Origin: Podarcis muralis
Lineage: Eukaryota
Direction: 5' to 3'
Assembly: GCF_964188315.1 (NCBI RefSeq)
Contig: NC_135661.1
Coordinates: 43,958,001-44,022,000 of the forward strand
DNA length: 64,000 nucleotides
Under the pieces are notes generated by a model that saw only the letters and a list, made by a program, of their open reading frames with translations, was not told the DNA's origin and did not search any database. This document shows positions 24,612 through 47,752 of this stretch, one piece after another. The position numbers and the translations under genes were made by a program. How positions within the stretch are numbered: position 1 is the first letter of the stretch; each line of letters opens with the position of its first letter.

Positions 24612-27600
24612 ATGGCGGGAGCTGCGGGCGCGTCGCTCTGGGTGAGGAAGGTCGCACAGTGGGCGGGCGCTGGGCTCAAGGGTGGGCCGTAGCTTCGTGC
24701 CAGAGCAGGCATTTTGCAGGTCGAGGTACCCTGTGAAGAAAGAGCCTTTGCTCTGCCGGGGAGAATTTGGAGGGAGGCCCGCCTTTGCCAGACAGCGCGG
24801 GCGATACTCGGTGGGCAACTTATTTGTCTCCCGCAGTGCTCTGCGCGCGCGCACCCACCTAGCCACCCGTGTTGCTGGTTTGAAGCAACTAATGGGGAAA
24901 TGCGGAGTGGATTCTTCTGTCTTGAGGCGGGGCTAGATGCGCTGTAGGACGACATGCAGTCTTGCAGCTGTGGTTGCCTAGAAATAGGATACCAGCCTCC
25001 AATTCAAGGGGAAAGTTGCAACTCCTTCACTACCTATGAAAGCGCTTAACTCCTCTTACTGCTAGAAAGGGACTAAGCGAAGTTTGCAGGGCAGGTATCA
25101 TGCCTTCGAGAGAGGAAGGAGCCGATGCCAGTCAGAGCAAGCAGCCCTGACCTAGGTGGTCCAAAAATCTGTCGGGGGTGGGGGGGGGGGAGCAGCTCCT
25201 TGCCGTTCCTTAGTGAACCGTGCAGCTTGAACGTAGTTGCTGGGAGGACTCCAGTGGCCAGCTGTGAGAGCAAACCCTCCTTTGGGGTAGGCTGGAGCAA
25301 CAGCCAAGGCAAGCAGAGGTTGAGCCGGTGCAGCTTTTGCTGAGCAGCCGTGGTTCTCGTGCCTGCCATGCAGCTGCTGAAGGGCTTGAGGCAGATTCCT
25401 CTACCAAAAGGCCTCCTGTCAGATCCGGCCAGTCATTGCCAGGAACCAGTAGTAATTGGAAGCTATGCCTTCCTTGTGTTTTGGCATCTGAAATCCTCCC
25501 CTTTTGCCATCCCAGGTAGTACCAGCAGCTCTTCAACAGGATTCCTGCTGCGTTTAGCCCTTTCAGAGTGCCCCATACGGACCAGCTGCTTTCTCAGTTT
25601 TAGGGTCAGTATTTATCCCAACTGGGGTGATGAGGCAGGGTAGCTTGGCCAGGTCTAGCCAAAGCCAACTTGGGCTTTAACCCAGATATTCCAGACAGAG
25701 TTCTGTGGGTGTGTTAGGGTGGAGCAGGGTGGTAGACCTTCCTCCTCCCGTTCCCCAGGGTTTGGGTGGGCTGTAGGCTTGGGGGTGTCTCTCACTCTCT
25801 TTGCTCTCCCAGCGACGCTTTAAGGAGGCAACAGTGATTCTCGGTGGGGGCAGCCTGATCTTCACCTCATACCTGGTGGTCAAGGGAGATGAGCACTTCT
25901 ACGCTGCGCAGCTGATGCCACTCCTGCAGAGAGTGGTGGGCCCTGAGACGGCCCACAGGCTGGCTGTGCGCTTTGTGGCTCTGGGGATCCTGCCCTGCTC
26001 AAGCCAAGCTGACTCGGATGCATTGGTGCGTAAACTATGCAGGTGACTGGCGGCCAGAGGCTGCTGTGCTGCTGCTTTGGGCCCTGCCTCTCATCCTGCT
26101 CCCAATCCCTTCCTGTGGGCCTGGCACGCCCTTTCTCTCCTGGGGCAGGATGGGGCCTTGCCTGTCTCTTCTGCTGCCTAAGGCTTTCTGCTGGTTAACA
26201 GGTGCTTAATTGGCTCCCCAGGCAGTGGAAGTCTTTGGGCGCCGGTTTCGGAACCCTCTTGGCCTGGCTGCTGGTTTTGACAAGCATGGAGAGGCTGTAG
26301 ATGGACTCTACAAGATGGGATTTGGCTTTGTGGAGGTGGGGAGTGTCACCCCAGAGCCCCAAGAGGGGAACCCCAGGCCCCGCGTCTTCCGGCTGCCAGA
26401 GGACCAGGCCATTATTAACAGGTAGGAGGCTGGAACAGAGGTGGGTGGCGAGGGTGAGCCTTTGACAAGCCTCTCCTGCAGTGGAGGAGGAGGTGATGCA
26501 TTGGGGAAGGGAGGGGTGGTGGTATTCACCTGAGCTGTATTCACCTGAGCTGTGTCCACCACTTCCTAGGTATGGGTTCAACAGCCACGGGCATGCAGTG
26601 GTGGAGCACAGACTTCGAGCCCGACAAGAAACTCAGCGTCAGCTCAGCTCAGGTGAGGTGGCTTGTGTCCTCCCTGCCCATGAGCCATGGAAAATCCCGG
26701 CCCCCTTCTTCCCCCCACCCAATTGCTGCTGTGCTAGTACATGTTTGTGGCAGTCAGATCTGGAGAGGAGCTTTCAGGGAACGTGAAGAGTGGCAAGGAG
26801 CAAATAATGTTGCAGTTGATTAGTGGAGGATTTCTGGATCCTGCCCTGAACCCTTCCCAGAGCAACTCTGGTCAGGAGCAGTGCCTGCCTGAGTGCCAGT
26901 AGCTGCTTCCTTTTGCCCAGCCCTAACAGGCCCCCCGTGGCCCTGTGCTCTCCCTGGGGAAATCTCTTATGTGTCTGCCCCCTCATCAGGGATTCCTCAC
27001 GTAGTAGTCATCTTTGCTCTGGCCCTCCCTGTCTGACTGGCTTCTGTTTGTGCATCCTCTCCCTTCCTAGCGGGGATGCCTCTTGGAATAAATCTTGGCA
27101 AGAACAAGGCCTCTGCAGATGCAGCAGCTGACTATGTGGCAGGTGTGCGTGTGCTGGGCCCGCTGGCTGATTACCTGGTGGTGAATGTTTCCAGCCCCAA
27201 CACGCCGGGACTGCGGGCCCTTCAAGGCAAAGCGGAGCTGCGCCTCCTGTTGGCCAAGGTGGGTCTCTTGCCCAAGAGCATTACCTGTCCTCTCGGTCCC
27301 CTCCAGTAAGCAGCCAGGGCAGCCTCTGACGCACATTTAAGCACCTGCTTTCTGGGCGGAGGGCAGCAGCTGCTTGGAGCAAAGGAGAAGCAGCCTGCTG
27401 CTCCCATTTCACATTTATTGAACAGTGCCTGGCAAAGGAAGGCCAGGGCTTTGCTGGTACATTGTTCACAAATCCTACTGCAGGAGTTGAGTGCATGCCT
27501 GATTGAGAACCTTGTATAAGTGCGGCAGCCTTGCCTCCAGATGTTGGCGGTGGACCAACAGGAGGCTGCTTCTATCTCGCCCTCCTTCCATACCTGCCCT

Positions 27601-28960
27601 TTGGATCCTGCTGTTGAGCCTCTCCTGCTCTGCAGAGCTCCGCTTCTGTCCCTAGTTCATAGCAGGGGCAATTCCCCTCTCCTAGGTGTGTTGTGCTGCA
27701 CTCCATGGCTTGTAATCATGTGCCCTTCTGGGCAGTGTGAAACTTATGCCCTTCTGAGCAGTGTGAACGTGATCTTTGGCCAACGGCTGTGTGCTTCTTG
27801 GCAGGTGCTGGCTGAGAGGGACACCTTGGCATGCAAGCACAAGCCGGCTGTACTGGTGAAAATTGCTCCAGATCTCACGGCCCAAGACAAGCAGGACATT
27901 GCTAGTGTCGTCTCTGAGGTGATGCAGGGGTGGGTGGGCAGGAGTGGTTCTGTCTGGCTGCTGCCTCAATTATTCCTGGTTGGTTTGGCCTTTTATGCCT
28001 TGTTCTAGAGCAGCTCCCTTAAGAGATCACCTTGCCCCATGTGGGCCTCTTTGATCACTTCCATCTGTGGAACTTGCACTTTTACACCTGCCGCTCTGCA
28101 CTCCTCGCAAGAGCAATCTTGTGAACATAGCAGCACTTGGAACTCCCTGCCTCTTGATGCTGGGCAGGCACCCTCACCACATTGCATTTGGCAAGCATAC
28201 CCAGACATGTAATTTAGTCACCTATATTGGCTTTAAATATTTATTGAATTTATCATTTTTTTGAATTGAGGTGGCTTTACATACCTTTCCTTTAGGGAAC
28301 TGTGGATTTCAGCTGTGATTTAGCTTAAGCTATATTTGTATGCTACTTGGGAGATATATAGATTTTTGATCAAGTGGTCTTATGAATTTCCTTTAAATAA
28401 AAGTGAGAATGGGGTAGGGCTAGACTTTCAGGGCCACCGCTGTGGGAAGGAGGGCAGCGCATAGGAGGAGGCTGTGGCTCTGAGGCTTGACTGGGCTCCC
28501 TTTTTCCCAGTTAGGCGTTGATGGACTGGTGGTCACCAACACCACTGTGAGCCGCCCCAGCACCTTGCGTGCAGCTCTTCGTGGGGAGGCTGGGGGTCTA
28601 AGCGGAGCTCCCCTGCGAGAGCTCTCCACTCAGCTGGTCAGCGAGATGTACTCTCTCACCCAAGGTAAGGAGACGGGCTGGAGGGAGGGAGGGGATGTAG
28701 GTGGGAGGGACTCCAGAACCCCTCCCACTAGCAGCCTCTTCTTGCCCCCCAGGACGGGTCCCCATCATTGGTGTAGGTGGAGTCTCCAGCGGGCAAGATG
28801 CCTTGGACAAGATCCGTGCAGGGGCCTCCTTGGTGCAGATGTACACTGCCCTCACCTACCGTGGGCCACCTGTGGTGGGTGTTGTGAAACAGGAGCTGGA
28901 GGCTCTGTTAAGGTGAGTAACAGGCGGGGCCCAGCTCCCAGCTTCTTGATGGCCCAAACT

Positions 28961-29029
<69 letters not shown>

Positions 29030-30048
29030 GGTGCACCTAACAGACCCTCAATCCAGCTGTGTTTTGCAGATACATTATGATGTTACTTCAGATTCAAGCA
29101 AAGTTGTGCTGATTAGAAAGCACAGCAGAATGAGATTGCTGCCAGCATGAGATTAGGCTGTAGAGGGAGCTGAGCAGACCACAAAACTGTCTGTCTCCCA
29201 CCTAGGTTTGTCATGCTGGGCTCCTTATTGCATGTATGCTCTCCATTTACACTGCAAGAAGCTGATCCCTGCTACTCTTTACATCAGCTTCAAGTACCTT
29301 GTCCTCCTTGCTTGATGTTCTGTGTCTCTCGCTCTGCCTCTTACACCCATTTCTTCTCTTCCTCCCACGTTCTGCATGCCAGCCGGCCTGCCTTTCCTCC
29401 AGATCTGCTTCCTAGCCCCTGGCACATCTCCTCTTGGAAGCCCCTGCTGCCGCCTGTTCTTCCACCTGTCCCTTCTCTCCAGTCTCAAACTACCTTCCAC
29501 TTACACCAAGACAAATTACCTTATCTCCACTACAGTTCTTTTGTGTCATTTTGTGGTCTGTGGAGCCTTGGTGGCTTTGCAGCAGTTGATGTCTGGGACA
29601 ACAGTAGTCCCCAAACAAGTAAAACAGACCTTGCTTTCTATTCTTTATACCTGTGCATCTGTTGTCTTATCCAAACAATCAAATATGTACTATGTAGAGG
29701 ATAAAGTGGTCTTGATCCTGTGGGTATTTCACATCCTTGGTTTCCTGTGACTCGCCTGCAGGTCACAAGTCCCCTCCCCACAATGTACAAGGATCTGCTC
29801 TACAGGCATAAGCTTTTCTGGTTACCTTTTGTAGTTGGGGAGGGAGATGGGGACCCAAGTGGGGAGCTGGTATCTTAAGCAAATAAGGACTTTGCTTGGG
29901 TTGAGGTTTTATCTTTCTAGGCGCCAAGAAGACTGCAGGGCCAGAGACAGCTAGCTGGTCTACTCACTCTGTGCTGTTTTCTTCTGTGTGCAGGGAGCAA
30001 GGATTCCAGAGTGTGCAGGATGCTGTGGGTGCAGATCATGGCCTCTGA
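24612..30048 (+). CDS. DHODH: Dihydroorotate dehydrogenase (quinone), mitochondrial (398 aa, 9 exons)
   Basis: Exons 24612-24641, 25813-26025, 26222-26421, 26570-26652, 27071-27258, 27805-27918, 28511-28664, 28753-28912, 29994-30048 total 1197 nt. Motifs [84 protein letters not shown] and DAVGADH. Confidence 0.98.
28963..29026. repeat. Compound (GT)n(GA)n microsatellite
   Basis: Directly visible in DHODH intron 8. Confidence 0.95.
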
Positions 30049-30691
30049 GGACTCCTGACATGGGCTTAGTGTGACAGCAGGCACTCTGTGGGCACAGAGA
30101 TGCTTGTTTGCCCAGGTCACCGTGGGAGCATCCAGCATGTTTCTGCTTGTAGTCCTGCTGGCCCCCTCGTCTTCCCCTACATGAGGGCAGGGGGGCTTTC
30201 ATCAAGATCAGCTGGGTCCATTGTTTTTCCAGCAAGGAACAAAAAAGTGTCTCCCTTAAGAGCTTCACAGTGTACTTCTTAATGCAAACTTTTGCAGTCC
30301 AGCAGGTACTAAGTGTCCCTGGAACAGGATGAGCAAACATTGACACAAGTCAAGTAGGCCAGGCTCGGGCTGGCTTCTTTCAACAGAAACTATCAAGTAA
30401 CACAGAGGATCAGGATCTGTGTGTATCCTCAGCCAGGACAAAGTGAAGGAATTCCCCTCATCTGCTGAGACCCAAGAGTCAGGTCTGCAGTGTAATTCAG
30501 TCCCTCTCAGATGGGATTAAGTAAAATGGGAGTATGGCAGAAATATTTTCTGTTTCATCCCAGAGCCCCACTCTTGATCTTAGGACGCTGAAGAGGATGG
30601 GGGCACGATCAGCATTGCTCTGAGGGGCTGTGGGATTTTGTTCCCTGCCTTGCCTTCGGCAGGAGGTGGATCTTTTTCTGGGTGGTCTTTC

Positions 30692-30697
30692 AATAAA
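30692..30697 (+). terminator. Candidate polyadenylation signal of DHODH
   Basis: AATAAA followed by a T/GT-rich downstream element, ~640 nt after the stop. Confidence 0.65.
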
Positions 30698-31199
30698 GCT
30701 TTTGTTTATTTGTTTAAACTTGTTATTTTTATTTAATATTTATTTTTTATGTTTTTATTTATTTATTACAATGCCATATGACAAGTGCATTTCACTTCTT
30801 TTATGATTGAGATCAGCATGCAAAAGGTTAAAAACATTGCCAATGGTGGGTGGGACTTCTCTTTAATTATTAAAAGTAAATCTAAAGGAGAGCATATTGT
30901 TTCACTTCTACGGCCAGACACAGGCACCTCCCAAGGGTAGAAGTTCTCTCATGGAGAAGGCCCCTGCATCTGCCCTCGGACCCGTGGCTTGAGGAAGAGG
31001 TGCCAGCTCTGGGGGTAAATCTGCAGAGTCCTGAGAGCTCTGGTGAGGGGAGAGGGGCATTTTTTGAAGACCCAGTTTGTTTGTCTTTCGGGGGTAAGGG
31101 GGTTGTGCCCTGGCACCCAATGCAGGCTTTGCAGCAGTGACTGGGAGGTTATCCTAGGAATTGCACCCATGCAGAATAAAAGGGAGGCAGCTGGACGCA

Positions 31200-32289
31200 A
31201 AAGGCGTCAGACAAACCCCCCGCCCAAGGAGTGACTCGCAAGGCCTCGAACAGCATAAGTTACCCCACCAGACTCTCCAGCCGCGGGAAGAGGGGCTGAT
31301 TTGTCTCTGGCGTAGGAAGGGCGGGAGGAGGCGGACCTGGGGAAGCCCCGCCCCCGGTCCAAGAGGCTCGTCTGTCGCCGGGGCAACGGGTTATGTCACC
31401 CCAGACATAAGAAAGGGTAAGAGCGGCCCTTCTGGTGCGCGGGATTTTCGGGCTCCTGAAAGCCCATCCGGCTGCAATCCGAGCCGCTTTGGGTAGAGAG
31501 CGCGGGACTCGCGTTTGCCCCTCTGTTGGCTGCAAGTCTCCTAGACCCGCAGTCTTCCACCTTTTCAGTCTCCAGACCCGCCTTTAACCAAACATGCATT
31601 TGGGGACCAATCTTGTAATCGTTTACCACATATTTGCATAGCGGTGGCGCTGCTGTTGCGACCCACCTCGGATCAGGCCGTGACCCACAAGCGGGTCTCG
31701 ACCCACCACTACTTGGACTAGATGACCCCCGCGGCCCCTTCCGACTCTACTATTCCACGATCTATGGCTGGGGAACTTCCGGCCCAGCAGAGGAGGGATG
31801 GACTACAATTCCCATCCTCGCCTTTGGCCACGCTGGCTGCTGGGAGCTCCGCTCTCTAACAGCACCTGGAGGACCATGAGTGTCCCCGCACAGCTCCCCA
31901 TCCCTGCATTAGCCCCGTTCCCGCCCATGATCTCGAACTGCTTTCGCTGCTGTCTGAGGGAGCGGCATCCCCCTCCTCTTCTGAGGGGAAACTGCTAGTT
32001 CTGCCGCCTTCCGCTCCAGCTGTGCGGAAGTCCGGGATCTCCTTGCGCAGTTTCCTGTGGGTGGCTTTTACGTTCCCTCCTCCAGGCGGCTGCAATCCGG
32101 AAATCCCGCCTCCGCACAAGGACTCGGTCGGTCGGTCTAGGAGCCGCGCTGCTGCACATTCTATAACGACTCTATGGCGCGGGGAGAGGCCGTCGCAGCT
32201 GCCGTCGCGGGGCATTGTGGGGCGGGCAATGGCGGCGCCCGGCAAGCGGAGGGTCAGGCCTTGAAGCGGCGGCCGCGCGGCGGCGGAGG
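31200..32289. promoter_or_regulatory. CpG island / promoter and non-coding first exon of DHX38
   Basis: CpG-rich. ATTTGCAT octamer at 31632-31639, ACTTCCGG at 31775-31782, ZNF143-type ACTACAATTCCCA at 31802-31814, YY1-like ATGGCGGC at 32229. Probable donor GAG|GTGAGG at 32289/32290 and acceptor CCCCGCAG at 32548. Confidence 0.7.
31713..31766 (+). mobile_element. CR1 LINE 3' terminus embedded in the DHX38 CpG island
   Basis: TTGGACTAGATGACCCCCGCGGCCCCTTCCGACTCTACTATTCCACGATCTATG matches the recalled CR1 end TTGGACTAGATGACC...GGTCCCTTCCAACTCTA...(ATTCTATG)n. Confidence 0.65.
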
Positions 32290-32559
32290 GTGAGGCTGAG
32301 GCGGGCAGGGCTCTGTCCCGTCTCTGTCCCGAAGGCGAAGCGAGGCCGGGACAGCGGGTTGGGCGGCGCTGCTGCTTCCGCTGCCGCTTTCAGCGCGGTG
32401 TGTCGTCCAGTGGCAGCGCGTCCCGCGGGACTCTGAACGGCCGAGCAGCCCCTCCAGCAGCCCGATTTCCCCCGCCGCCGTTAGGCGCCACCCCCCTTGC
32501 CGCCCGGTCCCCGTCCCGCTCACTCGAGTGCCTCCTTGCTCCCCGCAGAGAGCCCTGCA

Positions 32560-44675
<12,116 letters not shown>

Positions 44676-46224
44676 CCCCTGCTCTCCCAGCTCTGTACAG
44701 AAGATCCTGCTGTGCTTAGTTGGGCAGAGCCCACCTTGGATGGACATGGAAAAAATAATTTTATTGTTTATATAAATGTTGCTGCTTCCTGACCTGATTT
44801 TGAGCAGTTGCTTTTGTTTGGCCTCTTCCTTGGTGCAAGGTGTGTTTGGGGTGTACCTGTGGGCAGCCCTACCCTCCCTCGGCCCATGAATGGGCTGTAA
44901 GACATCCTGCTTTCTGCCACCTGCCTCCCTTTTGCCTTATACACACTCACAGCACGACATGTGGTTTTTTGGGGAAAGTGGCTCAGCACTTCCCCATTTA
45001 TTAGCTTAGTATCTGCACAAGTTCTTTTTTTCTTTCTTCTTCTGCGTAAGAAGTCACATGATTAGTCGACCGGCCGGTCCCCATCCAAATATTCACTGGA
45101 GCCTGGCGCGACAGGCACCAAGGTGTGTCCTCTGCTGGGCAGGGAGGGGGCCAGCATGTGTGGCGAAGAATAGGTATCCAGCAGCCGTGGTGGGGCTAGG
45201 ACAGGTTCCACTTTGTAGCCAGCACTTTGCTTTGTTTCCGGCTCAAGCAGTGAGAGCTGCAAATGGTAATAATGATGATGATTTGGGGTGGGTGGGGGAG
45301 GTGCAGCAGGAATGGCTTTCTACATCCATGCTGCTTGACTTGACTAACAATTTTCTACGGGAGACTGAAAATAAGATGGCATATATTTGAATGCCATTAC
45401 TTCGAGTGTGGAAATGGCTTCTGTACACCCAAGGACTAAAGTCAGTTCTAGACATAATGTTGGATAAAGAGTTTATTTAAATACTTTCCCCTCCCAATAT
45501 TGGTATGTAACTCCATTAGAGGTCGGTTGGGGAACTGTGGCCTGGTCTGCTACCAGCCCCTGGCTTTAAGCATGTGGCCCTCTGGATGATGATAGATTCC
45601 ATCAGCCCCAGCCACTATTGCCAGGAGTGAGGGGAGCCAGAACTTCACAATAGCCAGAGGACTACAAGCTCCCCACCCTTGCAGGAAAGCTGGGGGGGGG
45701 GGAGGCAAATGCCCAGGGCCCATCTCGCTGGCTGCTGGAAAAAGATTGCTGTATATCAGAACCCCATAGTCTGCTATACCAGGCAGTTCCTTACAGAGGC
45801 TTCACCACACTGTGCTTTTGCAGGCTTTTCAGAGGTTTCTGGTGCCTTGTGTAGGGTGCTATGATGCCCCAGCCTGCATGTGTGAGCCGAGAAAATAACC
45901 TTTTAAGCCAAGCTTGTGCAAAGTGCCTTCCTGCCATCCTACCTTGCCTCAAAAGATTGGTCCAGGCAGTCCCTGGCTTGGAAGTTAACTCATGTCACTG
46001 AAGGAGGCTGTGAGTCAGAAAGTCCCCTGAAGGCAGGGAAGCTCCTTGGTGCTGGCATTGTCCAAGGGGAGGAGTGGGGGAGAACAGAAGGACTTACTCA
46101 TCCGCTGGGAACGTAGGCCAAGGCTGTGGTAGTACAGCACCTGGGTCCAAATCACTGCTGTGGAAAGCCTGCAACGAGAAAGAGGAGACTTTGTGTGTGT
46201 GTGTGTTATTTCCCTTAAGATTTC

Positions 46225-46800
46225 ATTAAGGCTTTTTTTGTAATATACAATACAATACAAAATGAACAAAAATGAAAAGAGAAAGAATAATCTCAATAAT
46301 GTCCCAGAGTAGAAGACAACAAGGAAAACAAAAGGAAAAAAGAGGAAGGAATATAAAAGGAAGAGAGATGTGAAAGGGACTTCTGATTTTCTGTCTCTGC
46401 CAGCTCAGGATGTCCATGGCTTCATTCCATTCCTTCAACATCATAACTCGTGCCATTTGGGTGTTTCATTCCTCTAGACACTGGTGCAAAGGACTTCTCC
46501 ATTTCATTATCTGCTACCTCCAACTCTACGATTTCACTCTCCTGTTCTGGAAATCCTTTTTTGATATTGTTCACCAAAGTCTCTGTGCCCTCTTTAATAC
46601 CATTTTCCATTTCATCCTTCTCTGGTCCATTTTCATTCACCATTTTATCAATCTCAGCTCTGATCTCTCTTAACTGCTCATCCAATAATTGCTGTAAGAT
46701 GCCAACAGTCAATGGAGTGTCCAACAATGTATTTCCCATACTGAGTGTTCTTAATCTTATTAACAGTTCAATACGCATTTTAAAAACTTAAGACCTTAAG
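46225..46800 (-). mobile_element. L1-like remnant (ORF1-like coiled-coil start joined to an ORF2 3' end)
   Basis: Minus ORF 46422-46778 has an LQQLLDEQLREIRAEIDKM coiled coil. It is followed by KEWNEAMDILS (cf. EDWSKFMDYLK at ~41660) and an A/T-biased 3' UTR. Confidence 0.4.
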
Positions 46801-47752
46801 GTCTTCACAACATTCCTTATCTAACCACATTTCTTTCCCACAGTGACATAGAAAAAATACTTCCAGTTTGAAGTCAACAGTTTTGTCAAAACAGAATTAA
46901 AAATAAAAGATTTCTAACAATCCGAACACCCTTGATCGTTAAATGATAAACTCTTCTTAAGAAGGTAGCTCACACACCAGATGTAAATTTCAACTGGCAG
47001 ACAGAGAACCTCTCAGTTGTAATTTATAGCAGTCTTGAAGGTAATTAGAGAAAGGGAGGCTTTGCTGACCTTATGCCCTGAGGGCTGTTATGTGGTTTGG
47101 GGACAGAATGAAAATTCTTCTCTGTCACTCACCTCCATCTGGGTTCTCAGCTGCTCAGTCTCCAGACATGGAAAGCAGCTTTTCTTATTCACACTATTTT
47201 TCCAAAATAAATTCAATAGCTAAGATTTATGGCTTTGGCTATCATGAATCACTATGTAATCATCTCTGTTGGTGAACCATCCGCTGTTCCTCCTCCGGCA
47301 GTCCGAGGATCTGTGTTTTCAAGGAGTGGATTTGCCCAACACACAGGCTCTGTGGTCACTACCAGGCACTCATTGTGGGTTGGATGCAGGAAGCCTACTT
47401 CTCTGTGCTCTTGCTGCAGAACTGCAAAAGCCTCCACAACAGCACTTGTTCAATGCCTTCTCATTAAATGACATGGGTGGTCTGGGGAATCCTTGGGGTT
47501 GTCCCATCTTCTGCCATGTCTCCTGTTATGGCAATATTGGCCCACTCTGCATTTGTGGGTTTAGGGTTCCAGAAGTACTTTACTTCAAATAATGCCTGCC
47601 TGCCTTGCAGGCTCACAGAACACCTTGCCACTCACTCATTACTTTCCCTGCTGGGAAACTGAGGCAGCCTACTGAGAGTGCCTCAGGGTGTCACACTCTG
47701 CCATCTGGACCCCTGGGATTATTGGCTCTTCACTACCGAGCCTTCCACTCAC

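Noticed and set aside
26522-26551. 15-bp tandem duplication GTATTCACCTGAGCT before DHODH exon 4, and a 16-bp tandem at ~36888-36918
   Set aside because: Ordinary slippage duplications with no sign of affecting the canonical splice sites.
31632-31814. Octamer plus ZNF143 motif suggesting an snRNA-type distal sequence element
   Set aside because: I could not find a PSE or any recognisable snRNA, 7SK or U6-like body at the expected distance on either strand.
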